A DNA stretch of 62,059 nucleotides, counting the filler, from Sphacelaria rigidula (lineage: Eukaryota): NCBI GenBank assembly GCA_964200075.2. It is 8 parts of 8 records of this genome, joined end to end, with 100 filler letters (N's around TTAATTAATTAA, not from the genome) between each part and the next. Parts side by side here need not be neighbours in the genome. Positions count along the whole stretch, not along the records: positions 23,311 to 30,980 come from CAXNAA020013850.1; positions 31,081 to 38,750 come from CAXNAA020013851.1; 6 more parts are not named here. One strand, 5' to 3'. The first letter of the stretch is position 1. The number at the start of each line of letters is the position of its first letter. Below are positions 23,641-35,971 of this stretch, in pieces. Under the pieces are notes generated by a model. The model saw only the letters and a list, made by a program, of their open reading frames with translations. It was not told the origin of the DNA and made no database searches. The translations under genes and the position numbers were made by a program.

Positions 23641-26600
23641 TAGAGCTATCGATCAATGCATTTGGTCGGCCGTGATAATTTCCGGTGTAAGGCCACAACA
23701 GACTGCTGCCGGGACGAAAGTGTGGGAAAGTGGTCTATCGATAGACATTGCCAACGACAAAAGGAAGAGAAAATTGTCGATCGATGGCCATTACGGACGA
23801 CAATGTTGGCATCTACTGCAGCAGGTTCTATTGCGATAGCAATAGATGCCGTCTTTTGTCCAGGGTGTGGGAGATACAAAGAAACGATCGGGGTTCTTTA
23901 GTTCCCTGAGAAACCAAAACAGGAAAATGGTGCAAGATGGGGAGCAAGACTCGCATGGACACCTTTGACGATATATATTGTTGTTGTGATGATCGTGGGA
24001 ATACAAGCATGTCGATGGGAGGAAGAGTTTACGGCGACCGTCCGACCAACGACCTATTTTTGGGTCGGATAATTGAAGCGGTCGCGCGCCAATGTTGGTT
24101 GACCTTCACGGCTGTATCAATTAAAGAAATGTTTTTATCACGACCTCTCGAGCAGTTGCTTTCGTTCGAACTCTTGTCAACAACTTTTCCCCCCCGAGCC
24201 GTGGTCATGCTCGTCTCCTCTTTCTGCTGTGTGAGAGCTCAAGCTTTATGTGAGGCATCTGATGGCTACCAGATGCTCCGGGGGTGTGATTATTCCTCTC
24301 TGTAGGGCTCGTGGTTCTTCTGGATCGTGTTCCGGACACGGTGCAGGGTCGGTGGAAAAACAGCTTCAAATCAACATCTGATGACCAACAGCGGCATCCG
24401 CGATAGCTTAGACCGCAGATCTACCTTCCTGCCTCATCAAAGACAGTCTGTAATGGCATGGTACCAAATCGCTGACGTCTCAACGACTGCCCGAAGTTGA
24501 TTTCGCCTCACGCTAATGAAGGTGATCGCTCACATGTCCATCAACCAAATTTCAGGTTCCGCAAAACCTTGGTGCCCAGAGCAACGGTTCCATCGGTATG
24601 TTCAACCAACAGTGCACTGCACTGTCGCTTTAGTACTACATGTATGCACGTCCGCACCCGATGTACTGTCTGGATGTTCAGGGGATCCACTTTCCCCCCA
24701 TCATTCTGCCATGTGCCCTGCTGCTCATCACAATTGCTGGACCAGCGCTACTAGCCTACTCATGCTCACCGAAACAGCTCCGACAATCACTATGGAAGAA
24801 TGTAGGTGACGGACGACTGACGGAGATGGAGGCATTGACGACCTCCTAACACCCCATCAACGACTTGCAAGAGTAGCTTTGCTTGCCTGTCGGTCGCCGT
24901 TTATTTCTCCCTGCATCGCTGACTTGGCAACAGACACGCAGCAGCGGCAAGAGAACATGCATGAAGTGTAAAGTTGACTTCGATCTCCTGCATGTGATGC
25001 ACGTGGAATCTCTGTAGTGACACGAGATCTTCCGTCATGAGAAACTCTCCGCTCAAGGTACATTGTCCTCCTTCCATGACTATTAGCAAACCTTGCAGGC
25101 GTGCGAGATGGCATTGCCGGCACCCAAGCGCTGTCATATTTTTACAGGAAGGGACTGTGACGTGTATAAAAGAAGCTCATCCCGTGCAAAAGCTACGGTT
25201 ATTGCGGGCCTCGGATAGGAGTGGAGTAGTTCATTTCTAGCGGGAAGAAAGACGATGACGTTGTTCGATTGGCTGGACTTCTAGTAACGTCTTGTAGCCT
25301 TACCTTACGTTTCGATGTGGAGTACAGCACAGGTGGAATGTGCTGATCACAAGGGGTTCGTGCTTATGCACGAATGGAATTGTGCTTGTCGTGCACATGC
25401 TTTGCGTGCTTACGCAGCGGTGTTTGCTCTCAAACTAGTGAAGGGTCATATCGGGTCCGTCCTACTTGACGAAGGGTTTTACAGTGAAGCTGTTGCCTCC
25501 CGATCATCAGCGGGCTCGAGTATTGGGGTCGGATGTTTAAGGAAAACCATTACTTGAAGGTCTACATGAATGGCCACCCCAACCGGACTGGCTATGGTGT
25601 TTCGCGCGATCCTTTTGCGTCAGACATATCTGAGTTATCTACGAGGTGTTGCTGTCTTGTTTGGGGTGGGAGAGCAGCGCCGCTGGATGGGCACGGTGTT
25701 GAATCAATCCAACACTGAAGGTGCGGCTTGTACTTTTGTTACTCCGATAACAGTTGTTTGCAAAGAAGCACAGGCAGCGTGGTTTGCGGTGCACTCGCGC
25801 CATGAGAACGGGGCGGCGTTGCAAACCCCATTTGAAAACCATGAACCAACATAGCCTGAGAATGGTGACCCAGTACGCATGGCATGGTTATGAATATCTG
25901 ATGGGTTTCCGAGTCGGTTCATCTCACGGCTCAAACATACACTGTCGAAGCCCAGGGCCCGAAAAACTAATTGGATTTGCGGAGTGTTGCAGGGTTGTCC
26001 TCGAGTACGGTGTTTGGAGAAGGACTGTGCGGTATAGTACAGTATTGATTATGGCGGTATCGCTGCGGCACAGAGTGTGCGGTGCGGCACGGGGTGGTGC
26101 CGTATTCACTCGGTTCAGGTCGAAGCACAGCATGTGGTTCTCCGGAACTGCAGTGCCCTATGTTACGGGGCCAAAACGATGAGTGCACCTGCAACGACAA
26201 CTACAGTCCTCAGCATACCGCACTTGCAAGGGTACTGCATGCGTTCCTGTTCACCTTGTAGGTCAGACGATTGGTTGAACAATCCCAACTTCTGTAGTCA
26301 TGGCGGAGGTACAGAAAGGGACTTAGAAATGGACGCCCTTCGCAAAGCAGTAATGGTGCGACTGACGGCTCTATTGTGGTCTCACTTTTCCAGCAAGCAA
26401 CGTCCGAGTACTTGAGGTGAACTTGGAATAAGGAATGACAAAACAGCCCTACCCATAGTCAAACTACGCGGCTCACCGCACACAAGAGTTCAATTCATTA
26501 TCACGACTCTTTTGTCACACCGATCGGTAGACAGGAAATAGCAGAAGTAACCACACCGACGACGGCACCCACCCCTTCCAGAAAAAAGACGAAAACCGAC

Positions 26601-29002
26601 GTAGGACAAGATATTTGGGAGTGCACAATACGAGAGAGATACGAAAGCACCACAGCACTATTTGTTTTGCTAACTGTTCATAGTACAGACATTTGATAAC
26701 TTCGCAGTTTCTCGAACCCGCTGGTCTAAGGTTTGAACAATGAAGTATGCAGATGTACCGAGTGAGAGATACGGCGGCAGAAACCACTTTTCTTGAAAAA
26801 ATGGCTTGAGCGGGTAGGCTTTCGTCATAAAATGGTGAGAAGGAAGTTACGTAGCAGTGACAGTCGCCCCAAACTCAGTATGCATTAAACCTTTGTTGCG
26901 AAACTCGGAACCTTTTCCCGTCCAGGCCTGCTGCGGGTCAGAGAAGTCCCACTGCAGGTTTCGAGCTCCGTACACCGCGTGCCCTGCAGCGCTGTAGAGA
27001 CGTTAGCGAGGAACAGGATTCAGTTATTCGTTTGTACATCCCAGCACAAGTTTCCCACATGCGTTAGCCCACGATTTCATCGCCCGGCATGCGTGCTCAG
27101 GGCGTTGTGCTGTCTCTACAGCAGAATTTCACTTCGTGAAGGAGAAACTGGCTCAAAGGGCGATGACCACGCACAGCCGACATACAATGTTCTTTGGTTC
27201 TGTAGGCCGTGTGGGGTGACGAACTACAGCACGTGACAGGTATGGAGCTCTACTCAGAGGCATTGCACCGACGCCGGTGTCACGAGTGCATTCGTAGTAG
27301 GAGTCGAGGAGAGAGCTACAAGCTCATTTCTGTTGATACGAGATGAGGCATTGAGTGTCTTGGAGCCCTTTCTCCAACGTGATAAGTGATCAGGTGTTCT
27401 GTAGCCCGTAAACCTTTTGGTACCGACCCCCCACTAAGACGAGGTTGACCATGTGTCAGTAAAATAATAACAGCTTTGCCAGAGAGCGACCTGCCCAATC
27501 ACGGTGAGGCGAAATTCATCGACCACACCCGAACAACCAGCGCGGGGATTGTTACCGAGTTTGATGTTAATGCCAAGATCGTCTGGGGGCCCTGTCCCTG
27601 GCCCAGATATAATGCATTCGTAGGTATGCAAAGCCCGGATGCTCGGGGAACGATTTCTCGTTTTACTTGCATCGAGCACAGCGCTCCCGTGATTTCTTGG
27701 ATCTTACACTAAACCGTCGTAATTACACGAACACATGTTCGGGGGAGGGGAAGTGTACATGCTACAATGTGGTCATTTTCACGAGGCAGTAAGCCCGGCC
27801 GGGGCGTGCGAGGAGAGGAGGAGCTGTAGTCATGAGTTTCGCCTATCCCTGTACCGATGCTTTGCAGAACACAGTAAACATGAATGAAGTGGGCGGGGCC
27901 GAAGGGGCGGTATATAGGCGGCTGATTTTGGTACCTGGGAACTATCCAGAACGTGCAAGGGAGTATGCTAAGGCAGCTGCTGCTGAAGTCGGAGAGGCGT
28001 ACTGCACTGTTCTGTACTGCGTGTATGTGCGCCGCAACGCCCACACCTTTGAAGAACAATTTGCTGCTTGCAATAAAGAGGGGCATCGCGGCCCACCCCG
28101 ACCAAAAAAGGGCTGTGTGGCACGGTGATGGGGACAATAATATCATCCAAAGCCACAAGTAGCGAGCGGCCCACCGTTCGCCGCATGCTGTTGTAGTCTC
28201 TCTACGGCAACCCACACTGCTTGATACATCAGATGTAGATCGCCTCATGCGCACCTCACCCGAATTACAGTTTATACCTGCACCTTAAAAAAGATTGGAT
28301 GAAACTTTCGGTATTCCTCCCAACCCTGCGGTTACATACGTGGATTTTTAGCAACATGAAGGCACTGTTTCGTGCAGACGCCAGACACGTCATTCCTAAC
28401 CAGCCTCATTGGTCGTTCTGGAGGCCCGATCCCAAAATCGTTAATCGGAGAATCCACAGGTGGTCGCGTCTGCCTTGAAAAGCCATTGAGGAAAGCATTC
28501 ATTTGATATGGCTTATGTAGGGTGCCTCGCTACTCCACATGGATTACCAACAATAGACTGTCTCACAAGTACATTGATTTTGGCGTTCTTGTAAAAATAA
28601 AGAGATGGCATCATACGAGACGGTTGAACGCATTTGAACTTGTATCGGTCTCATACGCTCGGAACACTGCCCTACCTGTCACGACAACAGTGCTTGTTTC
28701 GGATCAGCATCCTCAAGCCGCAATGGTTTTGAAAAGTACCGACTGGTGCCATGAATCATGTAGACCTATAAAAACACCCTCGGTAGTCTCGCTCTTCAGG
28801 TTTCAGGTCACAAGATCAAACAGATTCATTGTCATTGACGTTCACCCGTTTTGACCAAACAACTCGTTTCTAGATACGACTTGGTTCACGGGGACCACTC
28901 CTACTACACTCATCCGCAAACCTTCCACACGTGCGACGAGCACGAGTATGACTCATGGCACTCGCATTCGTTGGACTGGTTGTTGAACGTTTTCGGAGGC
29001 CC

Positions 29003-29240
29003 GCGAGCACTTCAGTGATTGCTCGTTATGGGAAAACTATTAGGGCGAGCACTCGAGTCATTGCTCGTTGTGGGAAAATCTATAGGCCGAGCAATCGAGT
29101 CATTGCTCGCTGTGGAAAAAATAATAGGGCAAGCGTTCGACACATTGCTCATTGTGGGCAAATTGATAGGGCGAGCACTCAAGTCATTGCTCGTTGTGGG
29201 GAAAACCACTAGGACGAGCACTCAAGTTGTGCTCGTTGTG
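29003..29240. repeat. 42-bp minisatellite (~5.6 copies) inside a short TIR element (28926-29299)
   Basis: Units start at 29003, 29045, 29087, 29129, 29171 and ~29214. Each holds CGAGCA-N10-TGCTCG. The flanking inverted repeat is CACACGTnnGACGAG. Confidence 0.88.
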
Positions 29241-29769
29241 TTTTCAAAAGCATCAACGAGTGTACTCGTTTCGAGGAGGAATGACTCGTCCGACGTGTGA
29301 AATCTTCTCGCAGGGTCTGGAGGCGGATTCTAAAAATCCGTACAATTGTACTTTGAGTCACCACGTAGCTTTCCGTCGACGGAGGTTTTCTATTTCTTCC
29401 ATTTCGCCGGTTTCCGAGGATCCTAGGTTTATGGTGGATGTGAGGCGTTCACGTGACGTTCTGGGACCCCGAATAATGGGCAAATACAAAATCGGAGAAT
29501 CTCGTCGTCAAAAAGTCGTAATGACGTAAAGTACGTATGTGCAATTTTCAGAGTCTAACTACAAACCCCTGTGTGAACGTTTGTGGATATGTTCGGTGAA
29601 GTGTCCCGTGCCCGATACAACGTCCTAGCTTGATTTATTTGAGCATAGATTGCATTTTTCGACGTGAAAAGGGACGGTTTTCATCAGTTTATCGAGTTTC
29701 GAAACAAAGTTGCACAACGAATTATTTGACTAGCCCCGGACGAGCACATATTTTTTTTTTGCTTTGACG

Positions 29770-29880
29770 CATTCTGTGCAGGCTTTAGGGGGTCTCGGCG
29801 CCTGAACCCGCGGAAGCTGGTGAAAGCGGAGCAACTTCGGAAGTTTGTCGACAATCCATTTTTTTCGTTTTGGAGCAGCG
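29770..29880 (+). repeat. Dispersed repeat E (second copy 40463-40571), GC-rich subterminal-type hairpin
   Basis: GCATTCT..GGCTT..GGGGGTCT..GAAGCTGRTGAAA(A)GCGGAG is shared. Confidence 0.6.
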
Positions 29881-30183
29881 AACCCTACCCAACGGACTGC
29901 CAAGTTTGAGGGTGATCAGAGCATTGTTGCGACAGATGCAAGCGAAAACATTTGGAGGCATATCATCAGTAGCAATCCGGCGACGCCCAAACCCCACATC
30001 ACAGTGATTCGACGGGTTTGGGGATTCGATCCCATAGTAAGCTTTCAGAGTGTGTTTTTTTGCCGGTTGATTCTTAAGCTGATCGTGGATAGCACGTGAA
30101 CAGTGTGTAAAAATTGGGATTCATTTATGTACTTCTTGTGTTACAGGTCGCACTCCGAACCCCCACCCCCCTGCCTGGTCTTA

Positions 30184-30707
30184 GCCTGGTCCGGCGAGAA
30201 CCCGGCGTGCTCCGTCCCGGCTTTGTAGGGGCGGACCGCCGATGGGGTTGGCGTCTGTTGGCGATGACGCCATGGAGCACGCCACTCACTGCGGAAGCTA
30301 GGCAACCAGGTTACCGGTTTTTTTTGCACGCTTGCGTTTTTTTTGCGGTAACCATGATGGTGGTCGAGCTAGATCATGTTGTGCAGCGTGAGAGAACCTC
30401 AGCTCTGCACAATGAGGATGATCGTCCCACCTAGTGTTTAAATGGTGAGACACCCATGCGGCAGTGTATAAGCCATGGCTGTCTCCTGAAGTGCCGATAC
30501 CACAAAATAAAAGAGCTCATTGGAGGATGTCATCCAAATGCAAGATTAATCAGTACGCTTCGGGCCGAACAATCTCGGCAGGATGCAGCTCACCCTTCAT
30601 GCGACTCGCCGAACACNNNNNNNNNNAACCCGGCGTGCTCCGTCCCGGCTTTGAAGGGATGCGAGGTGAGTGGTCTTATGACTATGGCATGCATAATCAT
30701 GAGTACT
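30184..30707 (+). mobile_element. Repeat family A copy (10-N gap inside)
   Basis: Colinear with 4328-4889; C-rich tracts on both sides. Confidence 0.85.
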
Positions 30708-30980
30708 CCCCCCCTGCTTGGAACGAGTCTGTGGCCTCAAGCGATGAACTCATTTCTCCCTACAGGCTTGTTGAGATTGAATACTCAAAGTTTGTTTCCC
30801 GGTATTTCCTCACGCCGTTTTTTCGAGGTAGGCCACGAAAATGTGCACACATGTTCTCGAGGGCACTGTCTGCAACTCGAAGTTTTTTTGTTTTCCATCG
30901 GGGATTCGGTGTCGAGATAGTCGAGATCTGAACCGCCACCTCGACCTCTCTGCAGTAATCCCAGCCCTGGCAAGATGCCA

Positions 30981-31080
30981 NNNNNNNNNNNNNNNNNNNN
31001 NNNNNNNNNNNNNNNNNNNNNNNNTTAATTAATTAANNNNNNNNNNNNNNNNNNNNNNNNNNNNNNNNNNNNNNNNNNNN
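30981..31080. other. Artificial scaffold linker
   Basis: Same 100-bp linker as 7671-7770. Confidence 0.98.
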
Positions 31081-31929
31081 GGAAAGTTTTTCGTGCGGCG
31101 TATTCTAAATCAACTAGGTCTAGCGCCATTCACGGCAGGCGAAGCGGCGGACAAAGGATTCGTAGCAAGGCGCGCACAGCGCCGGGGATGCGTTCGGCTG
31201 GGTCCAGAATTCCATGATGACCTGACTTGTCGGAGGTTGATTTTGGATATGGCTACAGGGGTAGACGATGTGACTCGGTTAGAAGCACCTCTGCCGTGCT
31301 GTTTTCTGCAGCTCCCAAGCTTGAAAATCATTAGCGATGCCAGCGGGGATGCCATGGGAGGATACTGTTTGGAAACCGGCAAATGGTGGAGGATAGATTT
31401 CACTGCGGATGTACGTGCACGCCTCCGTACCCGTGTGCTTTCTAGAGACGATTAGTCGATGAACGTTTTCGAGCTGCTGGCTATGGTAGTGACGGCGTGG
31501 GTGTTGACTGTGCATGCTGGGGAACGACCGGAGTACCCCGGGCAGAGTATCTTGATGCGAGGATACAACATGAGCGCTATTCACTGGGTAAACAAATGTA
31601 GGGGGGCGGAAGAGCCACGGTCGGGGGCGCTCATGCGAATGATGGGCGTGTTGGAAATGCGAAACGGGTGGCGGTTCCGTGCGAAACATATCAAAGGGGT
31701 AGCAAATACTCGTGCCAATGGTATCTCGAGGTGGAACCGTGCTGACATTGCTCGTAACTTGCACTCTCTTCGGCCCGACATTTGTTGGCAGGAGCAGCGA
31801 CTCGGGCAAGAAGCTCTGGACCTTACTTTCGCGGTCTTGGCGTCGAGCTCGTCGGAAAGTCAGTTGCGGCTTCGTCTAAACGGAATTACGAGGCGGATTT
31901 CCGGTCTTGGTGTCTCTTTCGCGGGTTGA
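31081..31929 (+). pseudogene. DIRS-type RT C-terminus/RNase H, with in-frame stop
   Basis: One frame containing ISDASG, NVFELLA, MRGYN (expected D-N), HIKGVANTRANGISR (expected AD..SR). Stop at 31453-31455. Confidence 0.88.
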
Positions 31930-32954
31930 CAGGTCGGGATAAGATTTTCGGCGCCGACGCATCGGTCGAAGAGATGACTTGGGATTTGGTCGATTTTGCG
32001 GCGTGGTGTTTCGATTCCCAAGGGAGCGTAGCGAGTACGATATCGGGCAAGTTTGCGGCGGTGCAGTATTTTCATAGGATGGAGATACAAGTAGAAGTCG
32101 TCACCACGTCTCCGGTGTTGAAGTGTGCGTTAAAAGGGATTGCGAGATCGCATGCTGACACCGGCACGTGCCGTCGAACTCGCCTTCCGGTCACATGGCA
32201 GATGTTGTTGGACGGGGAATGTTTGATCCCATCGTGGGGCGTTGGGGGAAAGGTGCTTTGGCTTTGCTTGAGCTTGAGCTATTTTCTGCTCATACGGTCG
32301 GACGAGATGTTTGCGACTACGTCGGAGGTGGTACATTCGGTGCATTGTCTCACACTTAGGGACGTGGCGTTTTTTTCAGGGGATACCCAGCTGGAGTATT
32401 TGCAGTGGCGCCAGGCTGACAGGATAGAGATACATTTCCGGGGCCACAAAAGGGATCAGGAGAAGAGGGGCGAAGTAAGGGTCCGTACGCGAGAAGAAGT
32501 TCGTGGTCCGCATGCGGGGTACAGAGCAGACGGCGGTGCAGTTGCTCTGATGTTGGAGTTGTTGTCATGCTACGCGACATTGCCCGCAGACGCACCACTA
32601 TCCTCTTACCGCTATGGTCTGGGAGTCAAAGTATAGAAGTACAACGAGGCACTTCGAGCGTTGAGAGAGGTAGTCGAAAAGTTGGGTCGCGACCCGAGAG
32701 ACTTTGCTTGACACTCGTTGAGGATCGGAGGGACATCCACTATGGTAGCAGGGGGAGAAATATCAGATCGAGTTGCGCAGAGGGAAGGAAGGTGGAAGTC
32801 AGATGCATGCAAGGCGTACACTGTAAACAACATAGAAGACTCGCGACGAGTATCGCGCATTCTTGGAGATAAGAAAAGGGCAGTTAGTAGACAACCAGGG
32901 GAGGGAACTGTGTGGGGGAGTTACAAGAAGAGGTGGCGAATTCCGATGCAATGA
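31782..32954 (+). pseudogene. Tyrosine recombinase of the DIRS-order element, two in-frame stops
   Basis: Catalytic-type motifs LLIRSDE, HKRDQ, HSLRIGG, GRWKS and KAY lie in one frame. Stops at 32634-32636 and 32709-32711. Confidence 0.9.
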
Positions 32955-34931
32955 AAAACTCCACGACCTCGATATGGGTGAAGGAATGGTAGAGTACCAT
33001 TTGGGGACTTGGTCGTTTGAGATTTTCACGTGCATTAGGAGCGTTCATGTGTCCCCCTGGCTGTTCTAAGGGAGAGAGAGAGAGACAGTTTTCTTGAGCA
33101 GAGGCACGATAGTATATGGCAGAAGGGTTTAGAGACCGTGCCCTGCAAGCAGTCGTCTCTCTCTCTCTCTCTCTTGCCTTCGGGCCCGAAAATATGAATG
33201 AAAAAGGCAATTCGAAAGAAAAGCAATGAACCTTGGGTTTCCATCTGGTTTAGCACCCGAGGGCCATACAAGGGCCATTAAGGCATACTGTTGTCATATT
33301 CCAAAAAGCTCTGCGGCACTGTAAGGATGAATTCTCCGAACAGGAAGCTTCGGGCGCTACACGAGTTAAAACAATCAGCGTCCCCTACAAAAGTGGTGCG
33401 TAACTCATGTGAGGTTCGAAGCTCTGCTCAAATAGTATGTTGGCAGTATCCTGGCATACAATCACCGCTTACCCGTATATCATGCGACCGATGCAAGGCT
33501 CACCATTCTGTTCCGTTTTCTATGACTTTGTACACCCCGGTATCTTCTTCCATTAAGGCCCGGGTCCCGAAGGGCCTGTGGGGCAGTCGCAAGTCACGGC
33601 ACAATGCGGTCACGAGAAGGGAATACGAGGCAAGAGTATCTAATGACCTTGTCGTTACAACTGGCATGAACCACTCGACGACGGCATTGTCACGGAAAGT
33701 GTACGAGTAATAATAAGGACCAGAATACAGACAACGTGAGAGGCTTGCCCTGCCTACTTGACGACGAAAACCACTGCAAATCGTGAGGTCTGCGCTCGGC
33801 AATAAAGCATAATTGGTACACATGTGCACGATGTCGTGCTTCGAACTATGGCGCGATATACTGAACAATTCGCCAATAAGTCAAGTTCTGCAGTATAGAA
33901 TCCGATCGCCTTCAAGTCGCCACTCCGTGTGGGCAAAATTCTGTAGCAATACAACCATAATATACAGCATGATGACAATAAGCCCGATACACCCGCCGTG
34001 CGGTAATCCAGGAAACAGCCAGCTACTCAACTCCGCAGCATGAGAATATCACTTGCCTGAGAACGTTCGAAGTGTGATTCCAGCCCATCGCGAAGGCTTG
34101 CACTTCCCGTACTCCGCCGGATTGACTCGTTCTGTTGACGGGGTATTTCGGGTAGGACACTCTCGAGCAGGAATACCCAGCTGCTGGCACAGCCTGCAGC
34201 CCATGGCTCAGCAGTGCTGGAGGATATTGAACATGGCCGTTTCCACCGCCACCACCGGTAGGGGTTGGCCTTGCGGGCGCCGATTTTCCGATCGTCAACC
34301 GGGGGAGTATCGAACGCGGGTGCCGCCGTAGGTGCAACATTATTCAGATGCTTTCACCGCCGGAGCGTCCTACTGAGGCACGTGCAGAGATCACATTAGA
34401 GAGCAAGTTGATTATACTCAATTGGGCTGGTTTTGCCTGGCTTTGTGTGATATTTATCGCAGAGAATATGCAGGGGTAGGATTGGGACCAGCGGTCGTCA
34501 ATATTTAATCTCGATCGTACTTGGCTTTAGCTCGACAAGACCAAGTTCGATTCTTTCGTGGCGGGATGGTGTTCCCGTATGTATGGTGAGTGGTTATCAC
34601 CGACCATTTCCACTTTCCATTTGGTCGAGGCTGTCGACTGCACCTACCTATTTGTTTGCGGTCCAGGGGTCGACGGTGAACCCCAACCAAAACTACAAAT
34701 TGCTTGTTGTTTTTGTTCACGAAGAGGCGCAGGCTGCAAGCAGGGACCGTGCATCATGACCACCCGCCCGGTGGTTGCGTGAGGGTGGGTTCGTTGATAT
34801 TAAATACCACGATATTCATCATTCAATCAAGTGGGCAAGGTGGTTTATAACGAGTGCACGCAGGACCGTGCGTAGTTCAGGTAGTGCCGCAGTCTACTTC
34901 TAGGAAAATTGACTGTGGGTGTTGCCAACTT

Positions 34932-35158
34932 GTGTATGTGTGTGCGTGTGTGTTGTCGTCCCATCTATTCTCGGCGCCGGTCGACACCTTTCGGTATATG
35001 TGGGTGCACCAGCCGGGGTGACACAGGAGGAGGGCCAACACAGGAACTTTTTCGTTCTGCCTGTTTTAGTTTTCCCCCTTTCTTCTGCGGTGCTTGCCTT
35101 TCTTTTTGATCGCGAGACGGGTGCAGCGGTCCCTTTCCCTCGTCGACCATCAAGTCGT
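34932..35158 (-). mobile_element. Repeat family B copy
   Basis: (TG)n-TTGTCGTCCCATCTATTCT..CCAGCCGGGGTGACACAGGAGGA..CATCAAGTCG, colinear with 44698-44929. Confidence 0.85.
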
Positions 35159-35364
35159 TTTTTTTTTTCCCGTAGGAACATTTTTCGATAGTCTTGAGGT
35201 GCTAGTGATCTAACGTATCGGATTATGAATAAATGCTGCAGACAATACTTCGGAGTGCACGTTTGAGTCCAAATTATTTACGAGATTACACACCAAGGCC
35301 CATATGTTTGTCATCCAGGAGCTCCAAAAGTGCAGAGCCCCAGAAAAAAGTGTGCACCCCTACC

Positions 35365-35663
35365 AACAACATTTTCGTGAAATTGAGACTTAAAGGTATG
35401 ATTGAGAGTGAAAAGCGGTCAATTAGTAAATGAGCCAATTCAGTTCTGAAATGCACTTCCACCAGGCACAATATTCTCTCTGTAGTAGCTTGCCACTGGG
35501 GCCCTCGATACCCTTGAGTAGGATATCAACGTGTAGCTGTAAGCACGTGGCAGTGATGAGACGAAGAAAAGCACACACAGAATGAAAAATTGGCCAAGTT
35601 CAAGCGAACGATCAAAGCCACTCTCAATCCGCACCCAACTCTCAATCTCACGAAAACCCTGTT
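35365..35663. mobile_element. 299-bp MITE, AACA...TGTT termini, 4-bp TSD (TACC)
   Basis: Imperfect TIR of ~40 bp; TACC at 35361-35364 and 35664-35667; an empty-site sequence is present at 3135-3159. Confidence 0.88.
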
Positions 35664-35971
35664 TACCGTAGAATCACTCAATATAGGTGATCTACCGGTT
35701 CTACTAGATCATGACGACTATCACAGGTCTACAAAAATGGTCGAGGTGCTCAAAACAAACTTACATCTACATGCTCACCTGTATGTATGTTGTCGCGTGA
35801 AATAGCAACCGTTTCTGGTCGCTAGAGATGGAATCCGTCGCGCAAAATGCCGTCGGATTGGATTCGTCGGAAACATTTCCGAAAGGAATCTGCAGATTGT
35901 AAATTCCAAAGGGAATATTCCCGAATTTGCGATGGATTCTGACGTGCGTCGGAAATCTCTCTGGACGGGAA

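Larger units (their letters stand above)
31081..33290 (+). mobile_element. Tyrosine-recombinase retrotransposon (DIRS order, probably Ngaro-like), 3' half, decayed
   Basis: An RT-tail/RNase H frame overlaps a YR frame, the usual DIRS-order layout. The 5' part is cut by the scaffold start and the 3' boundary is approximate. Confidence 0.9.

Noticed and set aside
27476-28128. Possible exons of a host gene (VTEFDVNAKIVWGPCPWPRYNAF; GGAEGAVYRRLILVPGNYPERAREYAKAAAAE)
   Set aside because: Protein-like composition, but no recognisable family and no consistent splice model.
29003-29240. CRISPR-like array of palindromic repeats
   Set aside because: The sequences between the palindromes are copies of each other (a pure 42-bp tandem), with no unique spacers and no cas genes, in a eukaryotic context. 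The 14-aa-repeat ORFs arise because 42 is divisible by 3.
31081-32954. Phage or plasmid integrase implying bacterial contamination or a prophage
   Set aside because: The overlap with a DIRS-type RNase H frame and the algal repeats on the same scaffold identify it as a eukaryotic YR retrotransposon.
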